A stretch of 64,000 nt of DNA from Kudoa neothunni (lineage: Eukaryota > Animalia > Cnidaria). Within the stretch, counting starts at the first letter, position 1. Every line of letters begins with the position of its first letter. Under the pieces are notes generated by a model, which saw only the letters and a program-made list of their open reading frames with translations, was not told the DNA's origin and ran no database searches. This document shows positions 52,750 to 64,000 of the stretch, piece after piece. The stretch spans positions 2,564,258 to 2,628,257 of the forward strand of contig OZ199839.1 in the NCBI GenBank assembly GCA_964304625.1, given 5' to 3'. The translations under genes were made by a program, and so were the position numbers.

Positions 52750-53810
52750 GGCTAAACTACAGTATACGTGTACCAACTTTGGGATCAGATGAGAACGCTC
52801 GCTAAAAATCTGCAATGCATTTAATTTGTATATAATATCAATAAATATCTAAAAAGTGTGCTTAATTCTCGTTTGTAATACTTCCTTAGGAAAAGGCAGT
52901 CTGATATATACTTAGGCGAGGTTTCTGGGTTTTTGTTTGTGGCTTTTTTGTATTTGCGTTTAAAAGCGCCCCAAATAAACTCAATCCGGTTGGTGTGAAC
53001 TTTTTCACTTGAAACAAACTGTCGTTTTATGGATAACTCTTCCATGAACGAAACCTAAACTTTCTAACTTATTGTATCCAGCCCAACCGTCAGTCCATAT
53101 TGTAGAACCATCTTCTACGTTATCAATTATTATGTTCTCAAGAACATTTTAATTCCTGTAGCGGGATATTTAAAAAAAAACATTCATCATTTTCGTCTAT
53201 TCCTCAATTAACCAGAAATGTTGGTTCTTTAGAATTCTCCCCACGTTGTACTTTCTTTTTGAAGACAGCAATCTTATCAGTTTGAACTACAACGTTCTCG
53301 CCTTCAATTTTTGTGCATTCTTCGCCCAATTTCGAAGCCATCAAATCTCGAATTACACTTTTCCACTCTGCAATGGTAGAAAAGGATGAGATATCGTCAT
53401 AATGTTGTATTTCTTCATAGGTGGCGCTGGGACTTTGGAGAGTATAGAGCAGAAAGACAAAACATTTCCACAGTGGAAGCTTTGATAGTTCGAAAATACT
53501 GTATTTTCGAATTGAACATCTCTTTCGGAAAAATTTACAATAAAGCTGATGACCATCACCAATATCTTTCCTTGCCACCATTTTCACTATCGAGCCACAA
53601 AAGCATTTAAGATAGCTACTCAAAGTCCAATATTGATCAGAGTTTCAATGTATAATTTATATCATCTCAAAAATAAACCATAATCAAGTATTGTTATGAT
53701 ATCTATATATTCCAATGTGTACATTTTTTTAAAACTCGATATGGCGCAAATATTTCCCGAGAATATGTGATGCCTTCCGAAGTCGGTACACAGTATATTG
53801 TAGTTTTGCC
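52750..53810 (-). mobile_element. Merlin (IS1595/ISXO2-like) transposon, frameshifted
   Basis: GG-initiated TIRs GGCTAAACTACAGTATACGTGTACC / GGTACACAGTATATTGTAGTTTTGCC; motifs GSTIWTDGWAGY and VHTNRIEFIWGAFKRK. Confidence 0.85.
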
Positions 53811-54249
53811 CAAAAATTATTCCAACGATTGATTTTTGCATATATATAAAATAAACCGATATTTTAATTTATAAGCCACCAATTATTGTCTAATCAACAT
53901 AAAAGGCTGATTTTTAATGTAAAATCTATATTGTAAATTTTGTCATTAAAATTTAAAATTTAATAGGAAAAAATATGTTTAAGTAATAGAAAAAAGTATT
54001 GGTCTATGCGTTCTCAGAATTATGAGAAATTCGTTTTTGTGGGCAATAGACCCACCCCGACACGAGATTATAGGCTAGCGTGGTAATAACCACAGCCTTA
54101 CTGGATTGTATACACGTTCCGTTGGTTCTTCTAAAATTTAACTTCATTGTATTTCCTTTTTGTATGACGGTTTCATTTCTCCGTATAACAACTCTTATTT
54201 CCTTGAGTTTTTTGGAATTTTTGGAATTTTTCGTCAAGTTTTGAAGCCA

Positions 54250-54720
54250 TTAAATCATGAATAATACTCTTCCATTAAAAATGGTGGTATACAACATTAT
54301 TTGAAATAAAATTGTAACGTTTCGCAAGTAACCGTTGGGGATTTGTATGACGTAAACCATAAAAATAAAACTTTTCGACAGTGGAAGTTTGGATAATTCT
54401 AAAATATTATTTTTTTCTTACTGGGCATCATTTTTGTCAATCTGTACATCTAAATTAATAGCCTTTGCTAGTATCCTTTTTTGTTGCTATCTTCATTAAC
54501 ACGCCACACAAACCTTTCATGCAACTTTTGTAGAAGTCCAAGATTCTGTAAAACTTTAATTGTATATATGTTGTTTTCACGAAAAATATGCAAAATCAAT
54601 AATTGTTATATCATCAATGTTCTCTAATGCGAATAATTTCCTAAAACTTCCCATCCCATGCAATTATTCAACAATTACGAGCAAAAGCCCCAAGTTTGTA
54701 ACATCTATTGTAAAATAGCC
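54250..54720 (-). mobile_element. Relic of a second Merlin-like transposase N-terminus
   Basis: Broken translation CMKGLCGVLMKIATKKD...KLPLSK resembles the 53204-53623 ORF (CFCGSIVKMVARKD...KLPLWK). Confidence 0.5.
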
Positions 54721-55463
54721 AATATTCTGTATAATCCAGGGTAAGTTACGATTCGTTGCATATATCACAATCACTTACAGTTGTGGAAAGAAGTTTCCGA
54801 ATGTTAAAGCATTTTCCCTCAAAAGTTATGGAATAAACCCAATTTTGGAACGAATAATTATATTTTAAATATTATATTAAACTGAAATTTGTATAGATAA
54901 AACTATATTTAGGTTTATTTCATAACATTAACTCTATTAATAAAGTTCAAGTTGCGTGCACTAGTTTTTAAAATGAACGTCAATTTAATCGTCGAATTTT
55001 CGAAAAATGTTCGTCCAAAAATTACGTCCTTTAGTTATAAATAATTTTTTTTATTTCCGTTCCCGCTCAACATAAAATCAAGATTTAAAATGTGTATTAA
55101 TACAAATTTTTGTTTAGTTGATTTCGATTGTTCAATATTATTTTAATAAATGAATGTACCTTTTAAATCATTAATTACTGAATTTATTAGCTGTTGACTG
55201 TTATTATTTTACCATATTTATAAGAGACGGTATACGAAAATTTTAAATTATTTCAAAATTAGATTTATTCAATAAAATAAATAAGGAATCTTAAACCAGT
55301 TAAAATCTAAAATTTACGATTTTATATATTCACATTGGAATTTATTTTATTGTAAGATTAAATTTCAATAACCATTTAAAACCACGAATCAAAAACAAAA
55401 ATTTATGAGAAATTATATAAAAAAATTTTTGGTAGTAAATATATAATTTATTGAAAACATGGA

Positions 55464-58087
55464 TTATCTAATTCCTTTGCTTGATGCCACCTTCTTGCGA
55501 TAGATAACCAAATAATAAAACAATCCAGCAGCTACACATAGAATCACTCCCAACAACAGATCCTCTATTAAAATTGTTACATCCCATTTTCAGAAAGATT
55601 TTACGATATAATTCCAGCCACTTTCATACTAAATTTATGTTAGCTAATTACAAAAATAATCTTTTTACTGGTTGGAGTCTGCTTTTGCAATGATATCTGG
55701 CGCTAAATATACCATTTTTCAATTATACTTTATATATTCATGTATTTACTAAAAAGTATATTATTGTAAAATTACGAAATCAATATTTTAATAAGAAATA
55801 AATTATATAATTTTTTATAGTTAGAATATGAATAACTTGTTTACCCCTTAGTTGTGGCACGCGTAATTTTTGTGGTTGATGGAGCTAATTTTCAAATTTA
55901 AATAAATGTGTAAATAATTGAGTTGATGATTACTAAATATACTACTAAATCATTAATTTATTAAACGTTGTTTACCTTGTAGTATCTGTCACACTCTCAC
56001 CTCTCTATAGTAATGATTGCATTTCAAATAACCAATTAAAAATACCTTTTTCTTCACAATATATATTGTATCTCCGTGCATGTAGTTTTCAGGCTTCACT
56101 ATATAATTTGTACGATTTGTCCGATGAGACACCAGAGTATGTGATTGAATTGCATTTTGTTTCACAACCAGCACCGGTGGCAAGACACGGAGTTCCCACT
56201 GTAATGGGTTTTGTAGCATCTGTAATATCAATCAATGTATTGTAACATTTTGTTGTTAACATGTCTCTCGGGGGATTCATAACTCCGGCAAAAGTTATGG
56301 TCCCGCCATTAAACGAATGGCGTTATGGTTAATGTTTGCACCATCTAAGATGAGATAATTATTCATCAATTTATATAATAAGTACCTGTTGTCAATCCAG
56401 TAACTATTTTATCATTTATTTTTCATCAAATTTTATCATCAAGGAATATTTGGTACCGCGCTCCAGCCTTTGAAGTTCAACTCTCTCAGAGCACATTACT
56501 CTGCATGGAAAATCTTCCGTTGCAGTATACATCAGTATAAACATTTGTCCATTCATTCATTATTTTAATTAAACACGCAATATTATCATTATTCGGAGTC
56601 ATTGGCTGGAATCGAATGTCTTGTATCCATGATATTTATATTTGTAGTTGGAAGTTCTAATTCTTCTCCACCTAAGTGCTTATGGATAAAATTTATTTTA
56701 TAAAACTTAATACTGGTTTTTATATAGTATTGATACGTCGTTTGTACTGTCCCTGCATCCGTCGTATCAACCATAATAACGTATGCTGTTCCGGTATTTA
56801 AGATGTTAACCCTTTCGTTATTACGGCTACTGCCACAGCTCCCATCCGAACATTGTAATTGTGTTTTTGTTGTAATTGTTGGATCAAGGGCCTTTCTTAC
56901 GTAAACTGTACAACCAGTAGCGTCACCTGTACCAGATGATGATTTCATATTTGCTAAATCTAAAGTAAAACCAGTAACTGAAAGTGCGGTTGGGATTATT
57001 TTATTTATTTGTCACTATAACAAAGTTAATCGCCCTTTCTTTACTTTTTATACTTATGTAAGTCTTAATTTGATGTACTTTTTTTGCCACCTCACGAATA
57101 TAAACAGACTCCAGTTGAAAGTTTGTATCGGCTCTCATTTCAACCTCAGTACATGGATGAATACATATTTTCGAATTTTCTCCACAGTTTGTCACATATT
57201 CATTTTCTCCTGAAGTTTTATCTTTTAATCTAAATTCGCAGAGCTTATCAGGTTTTTTGTTAATAATTGTAATTTTATATTTTTCATTTCCTGATTCATT
57301 TGTCACTGTGAAGAAAAATTCAGAAAATTCAGGAGCCTTTTTTGTGTAATCATTGTTGATATAATAAACAAAACTAGGGAAATAATCGCCGCATTCTAAA
57401 GTGTAATCGTACCGATAGGTTATTAAACTTGCTTTCAAGCTAGCTTGATCTGTTGATTCACATGTTACAGTTTGTTCTGATCCCACAATATCAATACCAT
57501 CTGAAGTCAGTTTGTATTGTGTAATAGGACAAATCATGTTATATGTAAACTTAATATTTTCAGCTTCCGTTGTTACAGTAATACTAGGATTCAGAACGTA
57601 GTCTTAGTAAAATTAAGATTATTCAAAAAATAAATGGCATTTTTTAAATGAATTACTTTTTGGTATCATAAATACTTTTTTGAGTAATGGAATCGTTCCC
57701 AACTGTTCATTTGAGTTAAAAACTTTAATTAAAATAAATTTTGAATAAAATGAAGCTTCTTCCACTTCTATACTTTCCTTGTTGCATGCTACAATGCATT
57801 TTGTATCTGTTGGAGTTTCTGTACATTTGAAATCTGCGTAAATCAATTTATTTTGCTGGTTAAGCTTAGAAATTTGTATGTAACATATTTTTCCGACATC
57901 AAAATTTTTCAGCGATATTTTAATTTTATCTCTTTTGTTGTCCACTTTAATGAAACCAAACTCAAGGTAGTTTGATTTCGTCGTTGTTTCAATGCTTATA
58001 GAAACTAAATAATATTTAAACAATAATGTAACAAAAGTTACGTAATGCGGAACTTAAAATGAACCCAACTGATAAAAGAAGCTTCAT
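55464..58087 (-). pseudogene. Surface membrane protein family, copy 6; several +1 insertions (pseudogene or sequencing errors)
   Basis: MKLLLSVGFILSSALL...; same exon layout and both twin introns (55885-55976, 55703-55845). Extra single bases near 57006, 56620, 56510, 56335, 56320, 56103, 56052 and 55549. Confidence 0.7.
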
Positions 58088-58588
58088 TGTAAACTAAACG
58101 AAACCGACGTAATCTGTGTTTTGGGCATTCATGAATATAGATCAATTCAATGAACAATGAAATTTTCGATATATCTTATAATCGTGGATTAACTATATAA
58201 ATTTCGAAAAATTAGAATATTCTTTCCAAATGATTGATCATAAATTGAATATATCTTAATTATAAAACTATTCGAAATATCTTATATCAAAGCTAAATAA
58301 AAAATTACATAATTCGATTAATATTATAACATAAATTTATTCACAATAAATCTTTAAATTCAAGGTAAAAGTTCCTTTCAAATTCCAGTAATATAATTTT
58401 GATCACATCCAAATAATGGGTATTTGAAATTTTGCAAAATTATTTAATCCAAACATTAAAAATAACTATTCTATACCTTCATCTTTCTTACCCATCTACT
58501 TTCCTCAATATATATGGTTCCATAGTCATTGATAGCGATTTAGAACAAACAATATTCATCTACATAAATTAATATAAAATTAATTTCT

Positions 58589-59360
58589 ATGTTTGGCACT
58601 GAAAAAAATGCTTCCGTCAAAAATAACATAAGAAACGGATGTAATGATTACACTCAATTCCATACATTATACGAAAAAGCATCTTCCTGTCGTAACAAAA
58701 TCAACTATTTTCGTAAGATTTTAACTCTGGATCATAAGTTTGAAGTTAGAATTCTTACTGAAGATGCGAATCGGCTTTGTGCAATAATATTTATAGAGGA
58801 TGAGGTTAAGAAGGTTTTTTCCCTTTTTCTATATCTACTTATGTATACAGCCCAAAAATTACTGGAATCATGATAAAAAAACTCATTTTTCATAATTTAT
58901 TTTTTAAACTTCAAATCCTATTAAATTTTCTTCAGTGTTCCCCAATACCTAACATATAACTATATTCCCTGGAACGAACCATATAAATAGTGTATGCATT
59001 TATTACAAAAAAAGTCATTCAAAACTAGTATATTAATGAAATAATATCTATTCTGTCATCGATAAAGGAGAAGGTACTTTCTGCTTTAACCAGCAAAGAT
59101 TCGAAAGTCTTGAAAAACAATTCTCGGAATGCTAAACTAATTATATGTAAATTACACGTTTTACAAATTTTTGAGTGGTAGATATTGCATTAAATATATA
59201 TCGCACGTGGATTAAAAGACCCTATGCTAGAAATTCTTCAAAAAATAATCTTCGTTAGAAATTAAGATGATTACCAGAAAATGTGCATTGAGCTTAACAG
59301 TTAAACGTTGGGAACTTTGGTTCGTATTTTAAAAAGAATTGGTATCCAATTCGATCATAA
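58589..59360 (+). mobile_element. Mutator/MULE (ZSWIM-like) transposase relic
   Basis: Fragments RLCAIIFI, VIDK, VLKKQFS and LIICKLHVLQIF resemble the MULE core C..H motif; many stops. Confidence 0.55.
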
Positions 59361-60535
59361 TGGATTAATTTATCAGACAATATAAAATCAACCAAATCTA
59401 GGTGAATTCTAAGGTTTTAATTTCAGTGTATCGTCCTACATTTATTCAGATTTTACACTTCCTAAGAAGTCTAAAGTAGTATGTAGACTAAGGGGTTTTA
59501 AAATGACTGCAATCGGGAAGAAAAGAAAAAAATAATAAACTACATAATTGAATTATAAATTTATGAATTATAATAAAGTTCATTCGTGTTTTATCAATAA
59601 TTCTTGCGTAATTTTTTTATTTATCGTAAAATTCGAAGATACGTGACGTTCAATCAACAATTATGAGCTCCCTATTTATGATTTACGAATTCGATATTGT
59701 GTTTAAGATATCTATTAGTTATTTTTTAAATCATTTAAGTAAATAATTTTATCATAAAACATTTAATAATAACTAAGTAACTAATACAACAAGTGTAAAA
59801 AATACACGGTTATATGATGCAAATACCAATAATTAGGTGAATGAATTTTCATTGTAAAAAAAGTTCTCAATAAAAATATATAAACAGAAATATAGCATAC
59901 TGTGTGGTTACGGAGAAATTTGTTTTCGTGGTAATAGCCACTGCTTTAGGAAAATATGCAGTAATTTTATACAAAAAACTATTTTAATATTATCAAACCA
60001 TAGTATGCTTGTAAAAAAATGTCACACACTAAGAAATATATTAATTATTCAAATTTCAGTTCTTCCAATAAAAAGTTTAAAATTATACTAATTAATTTAA
60101 GTATTTATTAGGGTGTGTCTATTTTTCTAGACGCGCTTGTTCTCTTAGTATAATAATTGAATCGTTGCCATTTTTTCAAAAAAGTATTCTTTATAAATGC
60201 AAAATATAAAATTAGTTTCATTAATTCAGGTACGTACTTTAACATAGCTAATTCGTATCAATAAAATCAAAATGAAATCAAGATGGAGTATAACTTTTTT
60301 GTCAATTCATTTTCAAAATTCTTATAATAAGATAAATAATCCATCGGAAAGATTTATACATCACTAAAATTTAATACAATGTTGAATTTTCTACTTTTTA
60401 AATTGTTAATAATTATTATTGTGTAACTACGCAATAAATTATACTTGAATCCCACACATTGACATTGCTGTTATATTATTATTATTGTGATCATAAAAAA
60501 AATTTTTTTGCTTAAATGTATAACTTGTTGTAATA

Positions 60536-61140
60536 CAGTCGGTAATTGATTTTGCACTTTTTTGATAATTTACTTAATTATGACTCTTATTGCTTCTAAT
60601 GTTTATATAAAAAAATATATTAAACATAACAGTAATTTTGGTTCAAATAATAGACTGTAAATGATGTTAAAATGAGTAGCCAAAATCACGTGACGTACCG
60701 ATTTGCTCACTTTTTTCCAGGCACTCCGTTGATCAATGTAATATGGCATTATTCGCAAAAAAATTAGAAATTTAACAATAAGCCAAAATAAAAATATAAA
60801 ATAATGAAATGCTTCGAAAAACTTCCATTAATAAATGTTAAGATAGTTACTGTGAGACATTTCAATATGTCAAATATAGCAGTCTTTAATGGCCTCCTCG
60901 AAAAAAGAACTAATTTTTATCTCTAATTTAAATAAGATTAGATCGTTTCCGATCATTGTTAGAATTGGAAATCGATTTGTATGTCATTTTGTGACATATT
61001 TTGACACAAACCAAAATTATTGATTTTTTCAAGAGTTGAAATTAAGTATCACTTGATTTTTTTTGTCCATTTTACTTCTTAATTCCCAAAAAAGTATGTA
61101 TATAATTGTTATTTGCATGCGCAAAATCAATTACCCACTG
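60536..61140. mobile_element. 605-bp Tc1/mariner-type MITE
   Basis: TA|CAGTCGGTAATTGATTTTGC ... GCAAAATCAATTACCCACTG|TA (19/20 TIR match). Confidence 0.85.
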
Positions 61141-61959
61141 TACAACTCTCGGTCTACTTTGAAACCTCATTACTGTTGGCAACTTTATTCCTAAAATTTC
61201 GTGAATTTCGTAACATGGATAAAATTAAGATGACTATCAAAAATGGATATTTAACTGTAGAATCAATCACAATATTTAAGATTTACATACCAGTTATATG
61301 ATGTGTCATTATCTCGAACTGCTTCTTGTATATCCGCCATTTCCGTTCATGATTCCTCAGTGACGATATGTGAAATAAAAAATTTACTAAAAGCACTCTC
61401 ATTACATTTTCGATCTGAAATTTTTTGATTGTTGTTGATAATAGATTCAGACGTAAACTTAAACTTAATTAGGTTGATATATGAATAGTGGAAAAAATGA
61501 GCTACCTTATTCAAAGAATCCTCATTGACAATAAGCGAGATTAAAGCATCCGAAATCTTTTTTATTAAATCATATTGAGTCCCCGTTTGTTCAGATCTTA
61601 ATAATGTTACTTCATTGCAAAGAATCTTAGCTTCAAATATCGCATAATGTTGAATTGGGAGCAGATCAAAACTCGAAATTTCTGTTATAACCGGATGCAT
61701 ATTACACAATTGAGTCTGAATATGTATATCTTTTGTCATTTGAATAAATAATAGGTAATATTTTTTGTGCCACCTCTTATTACAAATTTTTTTTGTCATA
61801 TAAATCCATCTCCATTTTTAGTAGAGATAATATGTCAACATGATAACTCCATATATATGTAAAAGCAATATATGCAACTATTGGAAGTAGATTCGATTTA
61901 ATTATTTATTTCAACTTACATAATATTGTATGCGTGTAACGTTAATGATGTGTTATATC

Positions 61960-62597
61960 TAGAGGTCGTAATTTCCGATGACTATTTTTAAAAAATTCGA
62001 CGATTAAAATCGACGTTTATTTTAAAAACTACTGCATACGCAATATAAAACATAATTATCAAGCTCAAACTCTGACTCAATTTCAATGAAATAAACATAA
62101 CTAACATTTTTTATAAAATTTATATTTAAAATATAATATTGAATGTATTCTCTTTTGTTCAGGCGCTATATTTACTTCACAACTTTGATACAAATGCCTC
62201 TATTTTGATGAACTTATTTCCACGGTTGTAGGCGATAGTGGTATACGCACCAAATCTTGACCTATCCTAGACAATATGAATTACTTTGATTTGTTGTTTT
62301 CTCTAAAACCCAGGACCTATCATTTTATCATTTCTCTGGAGTGAAAGTTTCAACGACACTTGCAGTGGAGTTTCTCGTCGATCGACGTTAAAAATTAAGG
62401 TATAATTTGTGGGGAGGGGGTCAATTTCCTCATTTAAATCTGTTTCTTCGGCTATATAATTGTCAGTTCTATTTATTTTTCTCCCCATAATAAAACTTAA
62501 AATAATCTATGAATTACCTCTATTTTAACCGAAAAATGTAAAAATATTTTAAATAATTCGACATTTCTGCGATTTTAATCGAAAATTACGACCTCTG
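61960..62597. mobile_element. hAT-type MITE
   Basis: TIRs TAGAGGTCGTAATTTCCGAT / ATCGAAAATTACGACCTCTG; 8-bp TSD gttatatc / attatatc. Confidence 0.8.
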
Positions 62598-63059
62598 ATT
62601 ATATCTTATTTTGGTGTCTGGGTTTAATTTTTCAACAATTCGAGTTATTAGGTCTTTAATTATTTTACTCTCCTGCTCAATCCTTATACTTGATAAATAA
62701 ATTAGCAAATCACTAACAAAACCTATATTTCCGTTGAATATTTTCTAGAATATATGACCAAGTAACAAAAGTGCGTACGTTGTGAGTGTCTATCCACTGT
62801 TTCTTTAGCCTTTCCAAAGTTCAGTAGTGCATCAACAACCTCAAGATTAGTATAATATCTTGCATAAGTAGCATTTGATCAGACTCCCCTTTCATGAGGA
62901 TCGAACTCGGTACTATCATCGTTACAGCTGTATTTTAAAGGTCATCATTCTCGATTATGACATTATACTACATAAAATTAGCTTTATTAGAGAAATATAC
63001 TTTGATTTGTGGAAAACTTATAATATTTTTTATTGATACTTATACGAGAATGAAAAAAG

Positions 63060-63290
63060 CAGAGGCTATTGACACGATAAAATTTAATCCTAAGAGGCAT
63101 GTACGTTCGCTCATTGGAAATTTTCTATCTCAACAACTCCTACTTACAAGCCGTTTATCGATTTAATTCTTTGGAATCTGTTATATTTAATTATTTCTGG
63201 CCCAACTCCCCACTCTTAAGGTCAGAAATAATTAAATATAGTCAAAACTAGCCCCCACCTGTATATTATTTACCGTGCCAATAGCCACTC
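63060..63290. mobile_element. ~230-bp MITE (copy of 21636-21860)
   Basis: TIRs CAGAGGCTATTGACACGATAAA / TTTACCGTGCCAATAGCCACT. Confidence 0.7.
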
Positions 63291-64000
63291 CTAATGAAAA
63301 ATATCCTCGATGCATTTGGATGCCTAACTGGTAATTAAAAATATAAATGAAACTAAATTTATATTCTGCATTTATAAAATATATTTTTTGGAAAAATGGA
63401 AACGATTGAATTATTGTATTAAGAGAAAAAGTGCTTCAACAAAAAATAGACACTTTCACTTTATTATTTATTTTTACTTAGAATAATTTAACATTCAGAT
63501 GTCAATAATGAGAATAATATATTTAATTAGTAGAAGAAAATTAAAGGCATTAATTGTTATGGAATATATTTAAATTAAAATTTTTAATTAAAATAAAAAC
63601 ACATCCTTAATGTTATCAAAAAAATCGTAGTATTAACGTCATTGTTGATTTTTTATCTTTGTACACAACTTCATCTAACTGGTTTTCAAGACATATGACG
63701 AAATTTTGAATTCTAAACATTTTTTTAATTTAGTTTTAGGCAGTGTCTATTGGCTCAAACAAGTTTATTTATTTAATTTTCGAGCCTTTTATTATAGTAA
63801 ATTTGTGTTGTCTGATATAAAACAACTTGCAATTGTGTACTTAATGTTTTTATCGAGTTATATCGGTTAAAAATATTCTGTGTAATGTAATATGGTTTCG
63901 ACTAAATGGACCGTAAGAAGTCTTTATATTGAGTTTATGAGTTATTTATTTATTCAAATGAACATTTTTAGTTCTGATTTAACGTTTAATTATCTATGTA

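Noticed and set aside
61347-61799. 150-aa minus-strand ORF
   Set aside because: No recognisable domain; lies among MITEs and is probably a TE relic.
1-64000. CRISPR arrays, rRNA, tRNA or prokaryotic operons
   Set aside because: None seen; the sequence is intron-containing eukaryotic DNA, and the IS630/IS1595-like transposases are eukaryotic Tc1 and Merlin elements.

Overview
AT-rich eukaryotic genomic DNA with tiny GT-AG introns (mostly 38-55 nt). It is probably a genome-reduced animal, since it has a Lin-7-like L27+PDZ gene; an orthonectid- or myxozoan-type parasite is a guess only. Positions 2.6-9.8 kb hold a compact housekeeping cluster: DDX24-like DEAD-box helicase, LIN7-like, CutA and RRP8. 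Positions 12-64 kb are a transposon graveyard (hAT, mariner, Gypsy, piggyBac, Merlin, Tc1/IS630, pogo, MULE, MITEs) containing six head-to-tail minus-strand paralogs of an 11-exon gene. The gene encodes a ~683-aa type-I membrane protein: signal peptide, six Cys-containing FN3-like modules, Thr-rich stalk, TM helix and short RKK tail. Main finding: in all six paralogs the two introns flanking the 39-nt stalk exon cannot be spliced in frame as ordinary introns. Each has the form exon-G|GT...AG|TRA...AG-exon, an intron nested between the G and T of another intron's donor. These look like [D1,2] spliceosomal twin introns (stwintrons), 12 in total, a class I know only from fungi. One-step splicing would instead give a TM-less product (checked in copies 1 and 2). 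All gene models were spliced by hand and lack transcript support.
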